From Rhodanobacteraceae bacterium (GTDB taxonomy: Bacteria; Pseudomonadota; Gammaproteobacteria; Xanthomonadales; SZUA-5): 64,000 nucleotides of DNA. Under the pieces are notes generated by a model. That model ran no database searches. It was not told where the DNA came from and saw only the letters and a program-made list of their open reading frames with translations. The first letter of the stretch is position 1. Each line of letters begins with the position of its first letter. The translations under genes were made by a program, and so were the position numbers. Shown in pieces: positions 40,508 to 50,092 of this stretch. The stretch covers positions 16,625-80,624 of the forward strand of contig JANPJV010000300.1 in assembly GCA_031425695.1 (NCBI GenBank). Direction: 5' to 3'.

Positions 40508-41130
40508 TCAACCTGCATCCACCTGCTTGCGAAGTGTGTCCTCACGCCGTTCGATGGCTCTCGCTTCGCCGCGTGTGCCGAGGAGCACCAGATTCAGAAG
40601 GCGCAGTTCGCGCGCTCCCTCGGCCCGATCGATGGCGCGCAGAAACCCGCGCATCTGACTCAGCGTCATCTGCAGAACCCCATCAAAGCCGTGCCCGTGC
40701 GCGATTAGGCGCTGGGTGGCGTCGAACCAGCAGCCGCGCTGGTCGTCGCGAGGGTCCTGGCGCTTTCGAACAGCGTCTCGATCCGCGGGATCACCCGACG
40801 GGCGAAAAAATCTGCGTTGACCTCGACCACTTTCGCAGCCAGCAGCAAGGCGTCGTCGGGCGCCAGTCCGTCGACCCAGGCGCGCGTCTTGCCGCTGCCG
40901 ATCGCGACAGCATCAAGCAGCGCATCGCCGTGCTCGGCGAGCAGTTGCAGCCAATCGATCGGATCACGCTGCAGTTGACCGGCAAGGCTTCCCACTGCCC
41001 GCAGCATTGCTGGCAACTGTCCGACCTTGAGCGGAAAGAGGATGACCGTATCGCTCGCTACCGAGACCTTGGTGCCTTGCGGGATCAGTTGTTCGAGTTC
41101 ACTCGTCGGCATGCTCATGGTCGGGCTCAC
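40508..41130 (-). other. predicted G-T fusion product via -1 programmed frameshift (slippery T TTT TTC at 40804-40810)
   Basis: Codons 107-109 of the chaperone read GAT TTT TTC. The -1 frame is open from there to TGA 40508-40510 (about 98 aa), ending '..MTLSQMRGFLRAIDRAEGARELRLLNLVLLGTRGEARAIERREDTLRKQVDAG'. Alternatively, ATG 40669 could start an independent 53-aa gene. Confidence 0.5.
40705..41130 (-). CDS. tail assembly chaperone (gpG-like)
   Basis: 141 aa, immediately after the tail tube gene with a 4-nt overlap. Contains an in-frame slippery heptamer. Confidence 0.65.
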   Translation of the reverse strand: MSPTMSMPTSELEQLIPQGTKVSVASDTVILFPLKVGQLPAMLRAVGSLAGQLQRDPIDWLQLLAEHGDALLDAVAIGSGKTRAWVDGLAPDDALLLAAKVVEVNADFFARRVIPRIETLFESARTLATTSAAAGSTPPSA

Positions 41131-41912
41131 AGTTGCACGATGCGACCGAACTGGCCGAGCACCGCATCGAGCGGCTTGGTGTTGTCCGCCAGCAGCGAGC
41201 CTTCCAGTTCAAACTTGTTGTACTCGTCGGAGATCAGGTTCAGTTCCTTCAGCGGATCGAAGGCCACGCGATAGAGCTCGACCAGTACCTTGGCGTTGCC
41301 TTGCGCAGTGTTCAGGCCCTCCAGGCGCAGGAAGCGCTCTGGCAGCGGCTGGGTGAAGATGCCGATCTCGGTGGTGACGCCAAACCCGTAGCTAGCCTTG
41401 AGCGGTGCAGTGAACGGCGCAGGCGTCGGAGCGCCGTCGTCCAGTCGCAGCAGTTGCAGCGCGCCGAAGTCGAGATCGGCGGTGTAGTCGCTACCCAGTA
41501 CGAGCGTCTTCGCCGGTGTCGCACTGTCCTTGAGCACCAGGTTCGACACCTTCGGGTGCGCTAGCAGATAGCGATGACCAACCACCAGCGGCGTGCCGAT
41601 CGGCTCGACCTGCACGGTGCCGCTCTGCGTGTCGATGTGGTTTCCGTAGAGCGCCAGCGAGAGGTTCTCTTTGGTGAACTCTTCGATGGTCAGCATGATC
41701 GTCGCCGACTTCTGCTTGACCATGCGGTGATCGAGCGTGCGCTGCCCGGTCTGTGATTCGAAGTGCTCTAGCACATCGGTTTTCAGCGACAGCTTGAGTT
41801 CGGCGACATTGCCGGGCGAGCGCACTTCGATCGGGTTGCCGGCTGAGTCGCGCTTGCCAAGGTAGACGCGGCCTTGGAATGAGGCATAAGTGGACATCAG
41901 GGCTCCAGCCAT
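41127..41912 (-). CDS. major tail (tube) protein
   Basis: 261 aa. Position between the head-tail connector genes and the chaperone. Beta-rich. Confidence 0.65.
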   Translation of the reverse strand: MAGALMSTYASFQGRVYLGKRDSAGNPIEVRSPGNVAELKLSLKTDVLEHFESQTGQRTLDHRMVKQKSATIMLTIEEFTKENLSLALYGNHIDTQSGTVQVEPIGTPLVVGHRYLLAHPKVSNLVLKDSATPAKTLVLGSDYTADLDFGALQLLRLDDGAPTPAPFTAPLKASYGFGVTTEIGIFTQPLPERFLRLEGLNTAQGNAKVLVELYRVAFDPLKELNLISDEYNKFELEGSLLADNTKPLDAVLGQFGRIVQL

Positions 41913-41954
41913 CGGCGCGACGCCGATGGATCGTTGGGGTTCAAGTTGGGTGGT

Positions 41955-42395
41955 TTAGCCGACTTGCGTGAGATCGGCGCTAAGCGTTCGGTAAGTGATG
42001 CGGTAGCGCTGTGGGATAGCGGCGGCAGTGGCGTCGGCGTCCTCGATGTCGAACTCGGCGTCGATCTCCCGAATCCCGAGCGCCAGGCCCGCCAGATTCA
42101 CATCGGCCATCACCGCGGCATGTGCAGCCGTGAGCAGCGCATCGGCTTGCGTCTCCGGCAACAGCGGCGGGATGGCCCTGGCCAGCGCGGTGATGCGAAC
42201 CGTGAGCTCGCGCGTCACCCGGTCGTTGGCTCGCTCGGTGATCTGGTCGGTTTCCGGAAACAGCACTAGCGCTGGACAGTGCTCGCGCTCGATGGCGACC
42301 GCGGGTGATCGATGAATGCTGGCGTCATGCGTCGCTGCGACAACTCCGAGCACGCCAGCCAGACGCTGGAGGATCTGCTCGCGGATCGAGTTCAC
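41955..42395 (-). CDS. tail completion / terminator-type protein
   Basis: 146 aa. Called by position between the connector and tube genes. Confidence 0.5.
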   Translation of the reverse strand: MNSIREQILQRLAGVLGVVAATHDASIHRSPAVAIEREHCPALVLFPETDQITERANDRVTRELTVRITALARAIPPLLPETQADALLTAAHAAVMADVNLAGLALGIREIDAEFDIEDADATAAAIPQRYRITYRTLSADLTQVG

Positions 42396-42401
42396 AGCGG
42401 A

Positions 42402-42725
42402 TCACAGGCGCGACAGCTTGGTGCGCAACTCGGCACCGTCGCCGACGGCTCGGATCTCGCGCACTTGGTAGCGCTGGCCTTCCAGCTCCACCGTCTCGCC
42501 AGCCTTGAGGCCGAGGAAGATCGTGCACGGGTAGCTGATGGTGGTCTCCTTGCTGCGGCTCAAGTTCTCGAGAATCGAGTCATCGGGCGCGCGCAAGCCG
42601 ACGTAATGCACCAGCGGCATGTCGGGCGGGTTGCGCAGCCAGGTGCAGCGCTTGAGCAGACCCGCGTTGGCGGCGGACGCATAAACGCGTCCAACCAGAT
42701 CGAGAGGTGGCGTCAGCTCGTTCAT
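42402..42725 (-). CDS. head-tail connector / head completion protein
   Basis: The track ORF starts at 42761. ATG 42725 overlaps the capsid gene stop (ATGA) and is preferred; 107 aa. Confidence 0.5.
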   Translation of the reverse strand: MNELTPPLDLVGRVYASAANAGLLKRCTWLRNPPDMPLVHYVGLRAPDDSILENLSRSKETTISYPCTIFLGLKAGETVELEGQRYQVREIRAVGDGAELRTKLSRL

Positions 42726-43723
42726 GCGGTCAGCTTCACCAGCACGCCCGGACGATGGCACATCGGCAGCGGATTACTCTGCGTGTGCAAATCGGTGCCA
42801 CGCTCGAACTTGCGTGGCTCCTGTTTGGCGTAGAGCGGCTGGCCGAGCGTGTTCACGGTCTCGTTGAAATCGGCGGGCGCCACGTAGGTCGCGAAGGTGT
42901 CGACCGTGCCCATCGGGAAGCAGTGCGCTTCGCCGGCGGCGATGAAGCGCCGCGTGCGGCCCTCGACGTCCGTGGCCTGACCACGGTATTCCTCGAAGGT
43001 CAGCCCGCCGAAGGTGAAGCCCGAGCGCAGGTCCTGCACCAGTCCTGCGCCCTGCTGCCAGTTCTCGAAGGCCTTCTGCACCCTGTCGTGGCCAGTGAAG
43101 GCATCGAAGAACTCAGGACTGCAGAGCACATGGGCGCCGGTCATGATCTCGCCGCGCAGACTGTCCTCGATGTGCCGGAGCACATCCGCACACTTGGCCT
43201 TGATGTTGGTGGTCGGCGTGGCGAGGGCGAAGCTGATCACCTTGGGCGTGATGTCGAACTCGGCATAGAGGTCATAGAGCTCGGAACCATCAGAATCCAG
43301 GATCACGCCTTTCAAGGCGCCCATGCGCAGATGCTCCAGCGTGATCGCATGTTTGCTGCGCATGGTCTCCAGATGCTGCGCGATCACGTTAGCGACGGTT
43401 TCCAGTTCGGTCTCCGATCCGAAGCCGCGGATACCGTTGACCTCCTCGGGCAGCACCACATCATCGTGCGGAATGTGCGGCACGACGAACGAGCGCATCT
43501 TGCGCTTGCCGCGCACGCCCACGGTACCGGGAGAGCCGGGCGGTAGCGTCGGCAACAGAGCCAGGACGCCATTGCGCTCTTCGACCAGCACCTGACGAAA
43601 GCGCACCGACTTCTCCGGCATCAGGCGCAGGGCTTCCAGCTTGCCGTAGCGATTCGGGATCTGGTTGATGGCCGCCGTGAGGTTGGCCATCGAGAACGCG
43701 GGGTTGTGAAAAGGGTTCTGCAT
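42722..43723 (-). CDS. major capsid protein, lambda gpE family
   Basis: 333 aa. N-terminus 'MQNPFHNPAFSMANLTAAINQIPNRYGKLEALRLMPEKSV' is typical of the gpE family. Follows the decoration protein. Confidence 0.85.
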   Translation of the reverse strand: MQNPFHNPAFSMANLTAAINQIPNRYGKLEALRLMPEKSVRFRQVLVEERNGVLALLPTLPPGSPGTVGVRGKRKMRSFVVPHIPHDDVVLPEEVNGIRGFGSETELETVANVIAQHLETMRSKHAITLEHLRMGALKGVILDSDGSELYDLYAEFDITPKVISFALATPTTNIKAKCADVLRHIEDSLRGEIMTGAHVLCSPEFFDAFTGHDRVQKAFENWQQGAGLVQDLRSGFTFGGLTFEEYRGQATDVEGRTRRFIAAGEAHCFPMGTVDTFATYVAPADFNETVNTLGQPLYAKQEPRKFERGTDLHTQSNPLPMCHRPGVLVKLTA

Positions 43724-43724
43724 C

Positions 43725-44096
43725 TCAGACTCCAGTGCGGATCAGCACGCCAAGGGCTCGCAATTGCGCAACCGCGGTGGCCTTCTGTTCGGGGGTGATA
43801 GCGGCGGGCCACTGCAGCGCGCGGTCGGACACGATCGCGTGGCGACAGACCATCAGCACACCGCGCTCGGCCAGGATGGCGTCGGCATCGGCGATGAGCA
43901 CGCCGACCGCGACCTTGGTGCTGTCGCTGGCGGCCGGCGACAGGGCCTTGACGGTTCCGGTCGGCGTAAACGCCACAACTGCGCCAAGGCGCAGATTGGA
44001 TCCGGCAGCGACAGTGACGGTGTCGCGGGAGTACAGCTGCGGCGCTTCGAACTTGAGCAGATCGCCCAGGTTCTGGTTTTCGAGGATGGCGGGCAT
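43725..44096 (-). CDS. head decoration protein (gpD-like)
   Basis: 123 aa. 'NLGDLLKFEAPQLYSRDTVTVAAG'. Position between protease and capsid genes. Confidence 0.75.
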   Translation of the reverse strand: MPAILENQNLGDLLKFEAPQLYSRDTVTVAAGSNLRLGAVVAFTPTGTVKALSPAASDSTKVAVGVLIADADAILAERGVLMVCRHAIVSDRALQWPAAITPEQKATAVAQLRALGVLIRTGV

Positions 44097-44099
44097 GGA

Positions 44100-45428
44100 T
44101 CAGCCTTTGCCCAGTTTGGCGACTGCGGCGAGCACGGGGTTGTGGGTGGGCGAAGCGGCAGCCGCTGCGGGATCCGACGGCGTGGCGCCCGCCCGATGAC
44201 CGATTGGCGGCAACAGCGATCCGATCTCAGGGCCTGCGGCCAGTTCCGACAGCAGCGTTCGACGCACTTGGTCGACACCGGCGTTGGCATCGAGGAAGCC
44301 CAGCGCGCGATCAGCGCGACCGGCCAACGCGCACATCTCGACGATCAGACGTGCGTCGGCGAAGCTGCGGGTGACCGGGACGGTCTGGGCCGCGGTTGTC
44401 GGTGTGGCAGGCGCAGAGGGGACGGCGTCAACCTTCTCGACGTCCTCGTCGGGAACGTCGATGGGCTCCGGTACGTTGGGCGCGGGCTGCGCGGGTTTGT
44501 TCGGAAACGGGATATCGCTCGATACAGTCGACATGGTGATGTCCTTGATCGTGGGGGAGGGTGTCAGCAGTACGGCGTGGTGCGCGAGCCGGTTGACCGG
44601 CCTGGGGTGCGCCAGGAACTGGGCGAACTCGGCCACCGTGTCGTCGAAATCGCCGACGGCATCGGCCAGGCCGGCGTGCACCGCGTCTTCGGCGAAGTAC
44701 AAGGCGGCCTCAGTCGCGCGAATCGCGTCGGTATCGAGTCCGCGCATCAGTGCAACGTGGTCGACGAACAGGTCGTAGAGCCGATCCACCTCCCGTTGCA
44801 GCCGAGTCAGCGCTTCTGGCGCCAGCGCAGCATGCGGCGAGAGATCGGCCTTGTACGCGCCGGCAAAGACCGGCGTGTAGCGGTAGCCCTGCTGCGCGTC
44901 GCGGGTGGACTGATCGACATGCATGGCGATCACTCCAATCGAGCCCACGCCGGCGGTGCGCGTCACGACCACTCGATTGGCGGCGGCTGCGATCGCGTAG
45001 GCCGCCGATAGCGCGGAGTCGACCGCCACGGCCCAGACCGGCTTGTGCTGCGCCAGTGTGCGCACTTGCTCGGCCAGTTCGAACACACCGCCAGCTTCGC
45101 CACCGGGTGAGTCGATCTCGAGCAGGACGCCGCGGACAGCGGGATCAGCGGATGCCGCCTGAAGTCGCGCCGCGAGTTCGGAGTAACTGGTCAGGCCAGA
45201 GGCAGCCTCCAGTCCATTGGTGCGTCGGACGAGCGTGCCGAACACCGGGATCACGGCGATCGACGACTGCGTGCGCACACTCGGCGCGATAACCGGCTCG
45301 AATGCTGCAACGCTGACCTGCGGTGCGCCGACACGCTCGCCGAGCACAGCCAGCAGAACATCGAGTTTGGCGCGCGCGAGCAGCAGTGGCGTGCCGATCA
45401 ATCGGCCCGCCAGGTGAGGAAGCAACAT
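44100..45428 (-). CDS. S49-family head maturation protease / scaffold (gpC-like)
   Basis: 442 aa. 'VLLEIDSPGGEAGG', 'ALSAAYAIAAAA'. A/P-rich C-terminal scaffold-like part. Confidence 0.85.
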   Translation of the reverse strand: MLLPHLAGRLIGTPLLLARAKLDVLLAVLGERVGAPQVSVAAFEPVIAPSVRTQSSIAVIPVFGTLVRRTNGLEAASGLTSYSELAARLQAASADPAVRGVLLEIDSPGGEAGGVFELAEQVRTLAQHKPVWAVAVDSALSAAYAIAAAANRVVVTRTAGVGSIGVIAMHVDQSTRDAQQGYRYTPVFAGAYKADLSPHAALAPEALTRLQREVDRLYDLFVDHVALMRGLDTDAIRATEAALYFAEDAVHAGLADAVGDFDDTVAEFAQFLAHPRPVNRLAHHAVLLTPSPTIKDITMSTVSSDIPFPNKPAQPAPNVPEPIDVPDEDVEKVDAVPSAPATPTTAAQTVPVTRSFADARLIVEMCALAGRADRALGFLDANAGVDQVRRTLLSELAAGPEIGSLLPPIGHRAGATPSDPAAAAASPTHNPVLAAVAKLGKG

Positions 45429-45431
45429 GGT

Positions 45432-46919
45432 TCAGGCGCCTGGGGTCGTGGTGGCGTCGGACAAACGCTCGGGGTCGCGGCGCGGGTCGGTGTCGAACAC
45501 CAAGCCGAGTTGATCCGCGCGCTGGTTGTCGGCGGCGATCTCACGATCGATGTCTTCGGCGTCATAGCCGAAGGCGCTGATCGCTTCGGAACGGCTGAGC
45601 AAACCGGAGCGAATCGCGGTCTTCACCGCATTGAATTCCTTCTGCGGATCGACCCACTGCCAGCCTTGTGGAATCCACTTTACCGCTTGCGCCTCCCGCT
45701 GACGGCGGGCGTAGTCAGTGATCGGCAGGGATCCTTCGAGCACGACCTGGGTCATCCAGGCCTTCCAGATCGGCCGGCATAATTGGTGCACGATGACACC
45801 ATGCTGGATGGCCTCGACCCGGCGGCGAAACTCCAACAGACCGGCCCGAATCGAGCTGTAGTTCACCTGGGTCAGGTCGCCAGTGAGCTGCTCGTAGGTC
45901 ACGCCCATCGCCGCCGCGACCGCGCGGAACTGCATGCGCAGGAACTCGGCGTAGCTGGCGCCTACATCGGCCGGCTGACTGAACTTGATGTCCTCGCCCG
46001 CCTCCAGGATCTGCATCGTCCCAGGCTCCAGGCCGGCGAGTGCGATGCCGTTCTCATCCGGTAAGCCTTCGCCCATCATCTGGTCTTCGGGCTGCACTCG
46101 CGTGATGAAGCCGGCGAACATCGCAGCCGTTTTCTTGCGCACCAGTTCGGCATCGTCGTACTGATCCAACTCGTGCAACTTGACCAGCGCGCGGGCCAGC
46201 CAGGGCTCGCCGCGGATCTGCCCGGGCCGCAGCGGACGAAACAGATGCACGATCTCGTGTGCCGGTACGCGCACGGTCTCCGAGCCGCTGCTGGTCGACA
46301 TCGGCGCCAGGGCGCCATCTTCGGGATGCTGGCGGTAGAGGTGATAGGCCACGCGACGCCCGAGCGAGTCGAACTCGATGCCGGCGCGGATCGTGTTGCC
46401 GGTCGCGGTGGTCGTGTTCAACGTCACCGGCAGGTGTTCGGGTTCGAGCAGTTGCAGTTGCAGACCCACGACCAGGCCATCTTCGAGCCGTCGCGGGCGC
46501 AGGCGGATCAGGCACTCGCCACCTTCCAGCATCGCGCGACATGCCAGCGCTTGCAGCCCGTAGAAGTCGGTCAGACCTACGGCGTCGGCTTCAGGAACCC
46601 ACGCCGACCACAACCGATGGATAGCCTCGCGCAGCGTCTGATCGACCACCATCGACTGCGGCTTGATGCCAGTGCCGATCGCGTTCGAGACAAAGGCCTC
46701 TAGCGCGGCATTGGCCCAGGCATTGCGCCGTGCAATGTCGCGGCTCTTAGCGCGCAAATCGGTCTGCGTCGCCAGCATTGCGGCCACCGCGCCCGGGTTG
46801 CCGGGCGACCAGGCCAATGAACGTCGACCGCGGCCGGCGGCGTCGTGGACCGGAAGTCCCAGCCACTTGCGGGTGGTACGCGCGACGCTGGCAAACCAGC
46901 CGCGCGAGTGGCTGTGCAT
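45432..46919 (-). CDS. portal protein, lambda family
   Basis: The track ORF starts at 46970. ATG 46919 (1-nt overlap with the gpW stop) is preferred. 'FRPLRPGQIRGEPWLA' portal motif. About 495 aa. Confidence 0.85.
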   Translation of the reverse strand: MHSHSRGWFASVARTTRKWLGLPVHDAAGRGRRSLAWSPGNPGAVAAMLATQTDLRAKSRDIARRNAWANAALEAFVSNAIGTGIKPQSMVVDQTLREAIHRLWSAWVPEADAVGLTDFYGLQALACRAMLEGGECLIRLRPRRLEDGLVVGLQLQLLEPEHLPVTLNTTTATGNTIRAGIEFDSLGRRVAYHLYRQHPEDGALAPMSTSSGSETVRVPAHEIVHLFRPLRPGQIRGEPWLARALVKLHELDQYDDAELVRKKTAAMFAGFITRVQPEDQMMGEGLPDENGIALAGLEPGTMQILEAGEDIKFSQPADVGASYAEFLRMQFRAVAAAMGVTYEQLTGDLTQVNYSSIRAGLLEFRRRVEAIQHGVIVHQLCRPIWKAWMTQVVLEGSLPITDYARRQREAQAVKWIPQGWQWVDPQKEFNAVKTAIRSGLLSRSEAISAFGYDAEDIDREIAADNQRADQLGLVFDTDPRRDPERLSDATTTPGA

Positions 46920-47140
46920 CACAACCCCTTGCTGGTCGTCACACGAATCTGCCTCGGAGCGCCCGGCCACAGTCCGCTATCGCGTGCCTGCTCGAATAGT
47001 CCACGCTTGACCTCGCGGATCGCCGCCTTCAGCTCCTCGACGGACCGGTACTCGACCATCTTGTCCTCAAAGCGGACGCGACTCTCGCCGCGCGCCAATG
47101 CCTGCTCAAGTGCGGCGAGTTGGGCTTCGGTGTAGGCCAT
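46919..47140 (-). CDS. head-to-tail joining protein gpW-like
   Basis: 73 aa. 'YTEAQLAALEQALARGESRVRFEDKMVEYRSVEELKAAIREV'. Confidence 0.8.
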   Translation of the reverse strand: MAYTEAQLAALEQALARGESRVRFEDKMVEYRSVEELKAAIREVKRGLFEQARDSGLWPGAPRQIRVTTSKGL

Positions 47141-47583
47141 CAGGTGTAAACCACCACACTCACTTCAGCCGAATCCGCTGGCGTGCCGCTAGTGGTGACG
47201 ACCGACAGCTCCAACGATCGCGCCGACTTGGTGTCGCCACGGACTCGGGCGATCGCCAGCTTGATCGAGCCTTGCTGCCCGCTGTTGCGTGCGAACGCGT
47301 GCCAGCAGTAGTCCGCGTGCGGTAGCGCGGCCTGAAAGTGAACTCGGTAGCGCCCGACGCCCTGGCGTTCGACCCGAGCGATGTTGAATCCTGAGCGCAA
47401 GACGGCCACCTGGCCTTCCGTCGCAAAGCAGGCCCAGGCCTTGGCCACGCCGGGATGACCCGGCGTGACCACGGTCTCACCTGGCGGAAGGCGCCCTTCG
47501 AGAGCGCCGATCCGCTGGCGAGTAGCCTTGAGCTCGAGCGCAATCCGCGTTGCCAGACTCGCGATGTTGCGAACGAGGCTCAT
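47140..47583 (-). CDS. hypothetical phage protein, N-terminus paralogous to the preceding gene
   Basis: The track ORF starts at 47745; ATG 47583 is preferred (147 aa). 'MSLVRNIASLATRIALELKATRQRIG' resembles 'MSLVSRIESLILRLAAEFKAIRRDLG' of the 47588-48094 gene. Confidence 0.55.
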   Translation of the reverse strand: MSLVRNIASLATRIALELKATRQRIGALEGRLPPGETVVTPGHPGVAKAWACFATEGQVAVLRSGFNIARVERQGVGRYRVHFQAALPHADYCWHAFARNSGQQGSIKLAIARVRGDTKSARSLELSVVTTSGTPADSAEVSVVVYT

Positions 47584-47587
47584 TGGC

Positions 47588-48094
47588 TTAGGCCGCCAGT
47601 GCGTCGCGGAACACCACGACGAAGTCGACCTCGGTGTCGCCGACCGCCTCGGCCGAGACTGCGCCGATGTTCTGGCGGGCCTGAGCCTGGGACTCGACGG
47701 TGAGTTCCTGCGGCTCGTCATGGCGCACGCGCGACTCCAGCGCACGAGTCAGCGCGGCAATGCCCGAGGCGTCGCCGGCCAGCGCGTCCTGGAGTTCCTT
47801 CAGCGTGTCGAAGGCGCCGTCGGCACCGCCCAGGATGTCAGCCTTGAGCTGGTCGAGGCGGCGGACGATGCCGGACGCGGAGAAGGTTGTGCTGACGGCG
47901 TTCGGGTTCTCGTCGTCGATGATGTTCAAACCCGGCGTGACATCGATCAGCGCGCGGACTTCGTTGATGGCGGCCACCAGGTTCGACTGGTCGCGGGTGG
48001 TGAGTTCGGTGGGATTGCCGAGGTCGCGGCGGATGGCCTTGAACTCGGCGGCGAGTCGGAGAATCAGGGATTCGATACGGGAGACGAGCGACAT
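47588..48094 (-). CDS. fibre-repeat-containing protein in the packaging/head module
   Basis: 168 aa. 'GAFDTLKELQDALAGD' and 'SQAQARQNIGA' resemble phage tail-fibre repeat signatures. Lies between terL and gpW. Confidence 0.55.
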   Translation of the reverse strand: MSLVSRIESLILRLAAEFKAIRRDLGNPTELTTRDQSNLVAAINEVRALIDVTPGLNIIDDENPNAVSTTFSASGIVRRLDQLKADILGGADGAFDTLKELQDALAGDASGIAALTRALESRVRHDEPQELTVESQAQARQNIGAVSAEAVGDTEVDFVVVFRDALAA

Positions 48095-48133
48095 GGGTGT
48101 TTGTAGTCCTGTGTTGTGGGATTGAGATCTGGC

Positions 48134-50092
48134 TCAGCGCCCGCCCAGCCAGCGACTGCGAATCAGGCGTCGGCCAGATCGCTTCGTGGATGCGGCGGCC
48201 CGGTCGGCCAGATCGGCGACCGGGAGTTCGGTGGATGACGAAGGGGTGATGCGTTCGGCGACGCCAAGCTGGCGCTGCAGTTCGCTCCAGTGGCGTTCTT
48301 CGAAGCGATCCAGGCCCGCCGCAGAGGCTGCGGCGCGCGCGTACACCAGGCAGTCGAGTGCCTCGTTGCGCTCGCGCAGCTTCTGCCACTCGCGCACTGG
48401 AAAGCCGTTACGGTTACGCCGGGTGACCAGTTGCTCGGCGCAGAGTTGCTGCACGAACTCGCTGTCGACTTTCGGCAGGTGGATGTAGCCGGGCGGATAG
48501 GCCACGTCGCCCTGCGAATCGGTCTCGACGGTCTTCTTCAGACACGTCGTGATCTCGAGCTTGGCGATGCCGGTGGCCACCGCGTAGATCTTGATGCCGC
48601 GCTTGAGCTTCTTGCCGCCGATGCTGACGTCGACCGCGGTCGGCGTGCCGATCAATGCGGCGCCACGCGCCACGCCCTTGACCGCCATCAGTCGCGGATC
48701 CTTGCGGGCGCGGACGAATGCGTAGACCTGCTGCGTGGCAAAACCGGCGTCGATCGCGAAGCGCGCCAGCGGAATCTCGGCGCCGCTCTCATGGGTCCAG
48801 CGCTCGTCGATCAAGTCGGCGAGTTGCTTCCACACCGCATCGTGATGGGTCTCGCCCATCATCACGCGGTGCTCGATCAGCCAGCACTCCTTACCAAATC
48901 CATAGGCCCAGATCGAGGCTTCGATGCGATCCTTCTGCACGTCGGCGCCGCCCACCAGGAGCAAGCCACCAAGCGGCACGGTGCCGATTCGGTAGTCCTC
49001 GCGACGTTCAACCAAACGCTGCCAGTCGGGCGCGTCGCCTTCCTCGACCCAGGCTTCGCCGAGTTCTGTGTTCTTGAAGGTCTTGATCGCCGATGCCGAT
49101 CCAGACTCCTTGCTGACCGCGGCTTCCCACGCGGCGGCAATGTCGCGCCAGGCGCGCCAGCCGACCGGGCTGTAGAGCGATGACAAATGGAAGCCCGCGG
49201 TCTTGGCCGGGACCTCCGACATCGCGCGCCACTCGCCATGTTCGAGCATCCAGGTCTTGTGGTGCTCGGCAATCGCGGTGTCGCAGGACTCGCATATGTA
49301 CGCGGAGCTCTCCGGCGCACCCTTGTCCCAGCGCAGTTGCTCGAAGCGCAGCCATTGCCGATGCGAGCAGTGCGGACAGGGCACGAAGTAGCGGCGCTGG
49401 TCGCTGGACTCGTACTCCCGCTCAATGGCCGAGGCCCCGGCAATGGTCGGGGTCGAGACGATGAAGATCTTGCGCCGAGCGAAGGTGCGCGTGCGCGCCT
49501 CGGCCAGCGAGATCGCATCGCCTTCGCCCTCGACGTCCAACGGATAGCCGTCGACCTCGTCTAGGAACAGGTATCGCACCGGCATCGAGCGCAGCCCCAC
49601 CGCGCTGTTGGCGCCGGTCATGACCAGCACGCCGCCGCGGAACTCCTTGGCCAGGATCGTGTTGCCTGAGTCGCGCGAGCGCGCTGGGGCGATCAACTCG
49701 GCCAGCACACCCGACTCCTCGATCAGCGGATCGATTCGCTGCTTGGAATTGCGCTTGGCCATCTCGACTGTCGGCCACACCGCCATCATCGGTCCAGGCG
49801 CGTGGTGGATGACGTAGCCGATCCAGTTCGAGCCCATCTCGGTGGCGCCCAACTGAGCCGCCTTCATGAACACGACTCGCTCGACCGCTGAGGTCGGCGA
49901 CAGGCAATCCATGATCGCTTTCAGATACGGCGTGCGGCTGGTGCGCCAGCGCCCGGGTTCTGCAGAGGCCTTGCTCGACAGCATCCGGTGTCGATCCGAC
50001 CACTCCGATACCGAGAGCAAGGGATCGGGCAGCAATCCTTCGCGCCAGGCGCGTTCTAGTTCCGCGGCGCCGTCATAGACCGAGTCGCTCAT
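48134..50092 (-). CDS. terL: terminase large subunit (gpA family)
   Basis: 652 aa. 'VFMKAAQLGATEMG' (Walker A-like), 'YLFLDEVDGYP' (Walker B). Zinc-ribbon-like 'CPHCSHRQ...CESC'. Confidence 0.9.
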   Translation of the reverse strand: MSDSVYDGAAELERAWREGLLPDPLLSVSEWSDRHRMLSSKASAEPGRWRTSRTPYLKAIMDCLSPTSAVERVVFMKAAQLGATEMGSNWIGYVIHHAPGPMMAVWPTVEMAKRNSKQRIDPLIEESGVLAELIAPARSRDSGNTILAKEFRGGVLVMTGANSAVGLRSMPVRYLFLDEVDGYPLDVEGEGDAISLAEARTRTFARRKIFIVSTPTIAGASAIEREYESSDQRRYFVPCPHCSHRQWLRFEQLRWDKGAPESSAYICESCDTAIAEHHKTWMLEHGEWRAMSEVPAKTAGFHLSSLYSPVGWRAWRDIAAAWEAAVSKESGSASAIKTFKNTELGEAWVEEGDAPDWQRLVERREDYRIGTVPLGGLLLVGGADVQKDRIEASIWAYGFGKECWLIEHRVMMGETHHDAVWKQLADLIDERWTHESGAEIPLARFAIDAGFATQQVYAFVRARKDPRLMAVKGVARGAALIGTPTAVDVSIGGKKLKRGIKIYAVATGIAKLEITTCLKKTVETDSQGDVAYPPGYIHLPKVDSEFVQQLCAEQLVTRRNRNGFPVREWQKLRERNEALDCLVYARAAASAAGLDRFEERHWSELQRQLGVAERITPSSSTELPVADLADRAAASTKRSGRRLIRSRWLGGR

